This document shows, in pieces, positions 60,844 through 64,000 of a stretch of 64,000 nt of DNA. Location of the stretch: positions 672,001 to 736,000 of the forward strand of contig OZ219918.1 in the NCBI GenBank assembly GCA_964291415.2, read 5' to 3'. Origin of the DNA: Alphaproteobacteria bacterium. Its GTDB lineage: Bacteria; Pseudomonadota; Alphaproteobacteria; SP197. The number at the start of each line of letters is the position of its first letter. Positions within the stretch are counted from its first letter, which is position 1. The notes below the pieces were generated by a model, which was not told the origin of the DNA, searched no databases, and saw only the letters and a list, made by a program, of their open reading frames with translations. Made by a program: the position numbers and the translations under genes.

Positions 60844-61823
60844 TGCTGTCCTCCGTGGCCGCCGGCCAGGCCGATTGAGACATGATCGGCGATGCCGTCT
60901 TCGAGAGAGGTGAAGGGTCTCGTGTACCCGGCCTCGCGGAGCCGGTCCATGCGGGCCCTCGTGTAGTACTGATAGCGCCCCTCGAGTGCCGCGGGCATGT
61001 CGATGAACGTGATTCTGGCCGGCCGCGACAGTGCTTTGAACATGGCATGGCCAAGGTCCAGCCACGTCCTTGCCTCGCCGGTTCCTAGGTTGAAGATACC
61101 GCTGACGGCCGGGTTGTCGAGCAGCCACCTGACCACATCGACGCAGTCCCTGACGTAGATGAAGTCGCGTTTCTGGCCGCCATCGGCATAGTCGGGGTGA
61201 CCCGAGCGAAACAGTCTGAGCGGCCTGCCAGCCACGATGTCGGGCAGGGTCCTGGAGACGACGCTGGCCATGGCGCCCTTGTGACCCTCGCCGGGGCCAT
61301 AGACGTTGAAGAAGCGCAGACCGGCCCATTGCGGTGGCATGGTGCGCCCGGCATCGCGCTCACGGATCACGAGCCGGTCGAACAGCAGCTTGCTGGCCCC
61401 GTAGGGGGTGATGGCGGTGAGGGCGTCCATGGCGGCCGCACTCTCGTCGTCGTCGAATCCCAGCGAGCCGTCGCCGTACACCTGAGCCGAGGACGCGTAG
61501 ATGAACGGCACCCGACGCGCGGTGCACCAGTCCATGAGCTGGAGCGTCAGCACGACATTCGTCTTCATGACGAGATCGACATCCGTTTCCGTGGTGGACG
61601 AAATCGCTCCCATGTGGATGACGGCATCCAGGGGGCGCCTGCCATCGAGCCAGGCGGCCAGCGAGTCGGGGCCGAACATCTCCTGGACTTGGACGTCGGC
61701 GATGTTGCTCAGCCTCAAGTCGTCGACGTGGCGGTCACACACGGCGACCGGCATACCTGCCGCAGCCAGGGCGCGGACAATGTTGGAGCCGATGAAGCCG
61801 GTGCCTCCGGTGACAAGGATCAA
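60840..61823 (-). CDS. hldD: ADP-glyceromanno-heptose 6-epimerase
   Basis: VTGGTGFIGSN, HMGAISSTTE, YGASK, FFNVYGP.E.HKG.MASV, YQYYT; TTG start overlaps the gmhA stop. Confidence 0.93.
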   Translation of the reverse strand: MILVTGGTGFIGSNIVRALAAAGMPVAVCDRHVDDLRLSNIADVQVQEMFGPDSLAAWLDGRRPLDAVIHMGAISSTTETDVDLVMKTNVVLTLQLMDWCTARRVPFIYASSAQVYGDGSLGFDDDESAAAMDALTAITPYGASKLLFDRLVIRERDAGRTMPPQWAGLRFFNVYGPGEGHKGAMASVVSRTLPDIVAGRPLRLFRSGHPDYADGGQKRDFIYVRDCVDVVRWLLDNPAVSGIFNLGTGEARTWLDLGHAMFKALSRPARITFIDMPAALEGRYQYYTRARMDRLREAGYTRPFTSLEDGIADHVSIGLAGGHGGQQ

Positions 61824-62413
61824 GACGATGGCTCCCGGGCATGGCCGAGCTCGATTTCGATGGCGCCGCACAGCATCTGTCCCAGCATGAGGTGGACCTC
61901 CTGGATGCGTGCGGTGACAGTGCCGGGCACCAGAAGAAGCGGGTCGGCAAGGTGCGGCAGGTCGCCTCCGTCGCCACCTCCAAGCGCCGCGGCGACGAGT
62001 CCCCGGGCGCTGGCCTGTTCGAGGCCTCGCAGGACATTGACGCTTCTGCCAGAGGTCGAGAGCGCGATCGCCACATCTCCCGGCCGGCCCAGGGCCTCGA
62101 TCTGGCGTGAAAAGATTCTCTCGAAGCCCATGTCGTTTCCCGTGGCCGTGATGGCCGACGCGTCGGTGGTAAGGGCCAGGGCAGCAATGGCCGGCCGGTC
62201 GCCGACGTAGCGCACGGTGAGTTCCGTGGCCAGGTGCTGGGCGTCCGCCGCGCTGCCGCCGTTGCCGAAGAACAGGATCTTGCCGCCGCCCTCCAGGCTC
62301 GCGACACAGGCTTCCGCCAGCCGTGCAAAGGGTGCGGCGAGCGACGCACGGGCCTGCTCCACCACCGCCAGGTGCTGGTCGATCTCGCGCTCGAAGTAGT
62401 GCCGGAGGTTCAT
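61820..62413 (-). CDS. gmhA: Phosphoheptose isomerase
   Basis: GNGGSAADAQH, ND.GF, STSGRS, RIQEVH. Confidence 0.95.
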   Translation of the reverse strand: MNLRHYFEREIDQHLAVVEQARASLAAPFARLAEACVASLEGGGKILFFGNGGSAADAQHLATELTVRYVGDRPAIAALALTTDASAITATGNDMGFERIFSRQIEALGRPGDVAIALSTSGRSVNVLRGLEQASARGLVAAALGGGDGGDLPHLADPLLLVPGTVTARIQEVHLMLGQMLCGAIEIELGHAREPSS

Positions 62414-62439
62414 GGGCCAGAGATGTCCGGGTGACGCAT

Positions 62440-63060
62440 TCAAGGATTGACGAGAAACGGCAGGTGGGCAACCGCATCGGCGGGTGTGCTGACCGTGTGG
62501 ACCACATAGCGGCCGGGCTCGTCAAACGCGAGCGCGCGTTGCCGCTCTCCGCTGCTGTAGCCGTCGCCCACCAGAACGCCGCCGGCCAGGCCGGCGGCGC
62601 GCCCGGCCTCGATGTCGGTTTCCCGGTCGCCGATGATCCGGCTTCCGGAACGATCGATGCCCAGTGTCGCGGCCGCCGCCAGAAGCATGCCGGGTCGTGG
62701 CTTGCGCATGGGCGAGTTCCCGGGCCCGAAGGGCGACGCCAGCACGCCGTCCCAGTGGACGCCGGCACGGTTCAGGTGCCGCACGATCTCCTCCTGGACC
62801 GCGGCGAAATCCTCCCAGCGGAAGAGTCCGCGGCCGATGCCTCCCTGGTTGGTGACCACGATGATGGGGATTCCGCAGGCGTTGGCGCGGCCCATGACGT
62901 CGGTGATCCCGGGCACCAGGCGCACCTTTTCAGGTTCGTGGAGGTAGCCCGTCTCCTCGACGATGACGCCGTCGCGGTCAAGGAAGAGAGCGGGTCCCGA
63001 ACACTGGTGCCGGGTGTACTCGCGCCAGGTTCCGTCCTCGTGAAGGGGCCAGGGACTCAT
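62440..63060 (-). CDS. gmhB: D,D-heptose-1,7-bisphosphate phosphatase
   Basis: LFLDRDGVI, VTNQGGI, RKPRPGM, IGDRETD. Confidence 0.9.
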   Translation of the reverse strand: MSPWPLHEDGTWREYTRHQCSGPALFLDRDGVIVEETGYLHEPEKVRLVPGITDVMGRANACGIPIIVVTNQGGIGRGLFRWEDFAAVQEEIVRHLNRAGVHWDGVLASPFGPGNSPMRKPRPGMLLAAAATLGIDRSGSRIIGDRETDIEAGRAAGLAGGVLVGDGYSSGERQRALAFDEPGRYVVHTVSTPADAVAHLPFLVNP

Positions 63061-63776
63061 GGCGTTTGGAGGAATCCCGCATCTCCTTCGCAGAGGACAA
63101 GGGCCGTCAGCACATCGGTGACGACGGCGCCCGTATCGATGCCGATCCGGTTGACCCGAATGTCGGGTCCGTCCCAGGAGATGGTGTGGCCATGGACGAC
63201 GAGCCACCCGTGATCCACGGGCGAATCGAGAAACTCCTCGCGGATCCACAGGAGGTCCTCGGGGTCCTGGTCTTGAAGCGCGACGCCGGGACGGATGCCC
63301 GCGTGCACGAACAGCAGTCCGTCGATGATGTGGTGGAGCTTCAGCGAATGAAGGAAGGCGCGGTGGTGTTCCGGCATGGCGTGCCGCAGCTGGCGTCCGC
63401 TGCCCGTTCCGGGCGCCACCTCGTAGGAGAGCATGGTCTGGGCGCCACCCAGGCGGTTGATCCACCACAGGCCGTCGTCCCTGCCTTCCATGAAGTCGAT
63501 CGCACAGGCGTCGTGGTTGCCCTTGAGGAAAACCCGTTCGAAACCGTCATCGGCCCCGGCTGCCCGGGTGAGGAAGTCGATCACGCCGGCCGAGTCGGGA
63601 CCACGGTCCACATAGTCGCCGAGAAAGACGATGTACCGCCGCCGCTGCGGCCTTGTCGCGGCGTCCTCGAGAATCATCCGGTGAAGGCGGCGAAGAAGGT
63701 CCAGCCGTCCGTGCACATCGCCCACGGCGTAGACGAGCGTCTCCGGATCCATGTGCGCGGCAGGGGGCCAGGTCAT
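63057..63776 (-). CDS. Ser/Thr phosphatase-family metallophosphoesterase
   Basis: GDVHG, GDYVDRG, GNHD, HAG, HGHT, IDTGA. Confidence 0.92.
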   Translation of the reverse strand: MTWPPAAHMDPETLVYAVGDVHGRLDLLRRLHRMILEDAATRPQRRRYIVFLGDYVDRGPDSAGVIDFLTRAAGADDGFERVFLKGNHDACAIDFMEGRDDGLWWINRLGGAQTMLSYEVAPGTGSGRQLRHAMPEHHRAFLHSLKLHHIIDGLLFVHAGIRPGVALQDQDPEDLLWIREEFLDSPVDHGWLVVHGHTISWDGPDIRVNRIGIDTGAVVTDVLTALVLCEGDAGFLQTP

Positions 63777-64000
63777 CGGCCCGGCCCGCCGGTCTCGTCG
63801 AGGTGCCCGTGATCGACGAGCCAGGACATCACCATTCCGGCGAGTTCGTCGGGCTGGTGTTCCGCTGCCTTCAGCACGATGTCGGGGTCTTCCGGAGGCT
63901 CGTAGGCGGATTCGATGCCGGTAAAGTTCCTGAGCTCTCCGGCACGGGCCTTGCGGTAGAGTCCCTTGGGATCGCGCGCCTCGCATACCTCGAGGGGCGT
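63773..64000 (-). CDS. cysC: Adenylyl-sulfate kinase (CysC or CysNC), 3' end
   Basis: [35 protein letters not shown]. Confidence 0.9.
   Translation of the reverse strand, partial: TPLEVCEARDPKGLYRKARAGELRNFTGIESAYEPPEDPDIVLKAAEHQPDELAGMVMSWLVDHGHLDETGGPGR

Overview
GC-rich alphaproteobacterial chromosome segment. Conserved backbone: hom-glpX-recJ-tRNA-Glu; a catabolic block (Rieske oxygenase, four M24-fold hydrolases including creatinase, amidohydrolase, GGT, PhyH, sulfotransferase) around tRNA-Arg; yggS-trpS; the fur-olsB-olsA-miaB-phoH-ybeY-corC-lnt-metK-trmB run; amidase/PfkB/GST/ald; and cysC-phosphatase-gmhB-gmhA-hldD. Three accessory regions interrupt it. (1) A ~16 kb island (2459-18509) inserted in the first codons of recJ, bounded by an exact 14-bp direct repeat and supplying a replacement recJ 5' end. 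It carries an intact low-GC three-gene operon (candidate TIGR04255-like + partner + ART-like toxin system), an inverted internal recJ copy, a truncated MBL hydrolase, XRE-ImmA with a PIN-DUF6765-like fusion, an IS1111-type IS110, a transhydroxylase-like Mo enzyme pair and IS/integrase debris. (2) A decayed region after tRNA-Glu (LysR, OxyR-like, integrase and HipA remnants). (3) A decayed element after fur (tRNA-fMet 3' fragment, orphan AbiEi, DmeF, IS66 remnant). All family calls come from motif recognition by eye; no searches were run.
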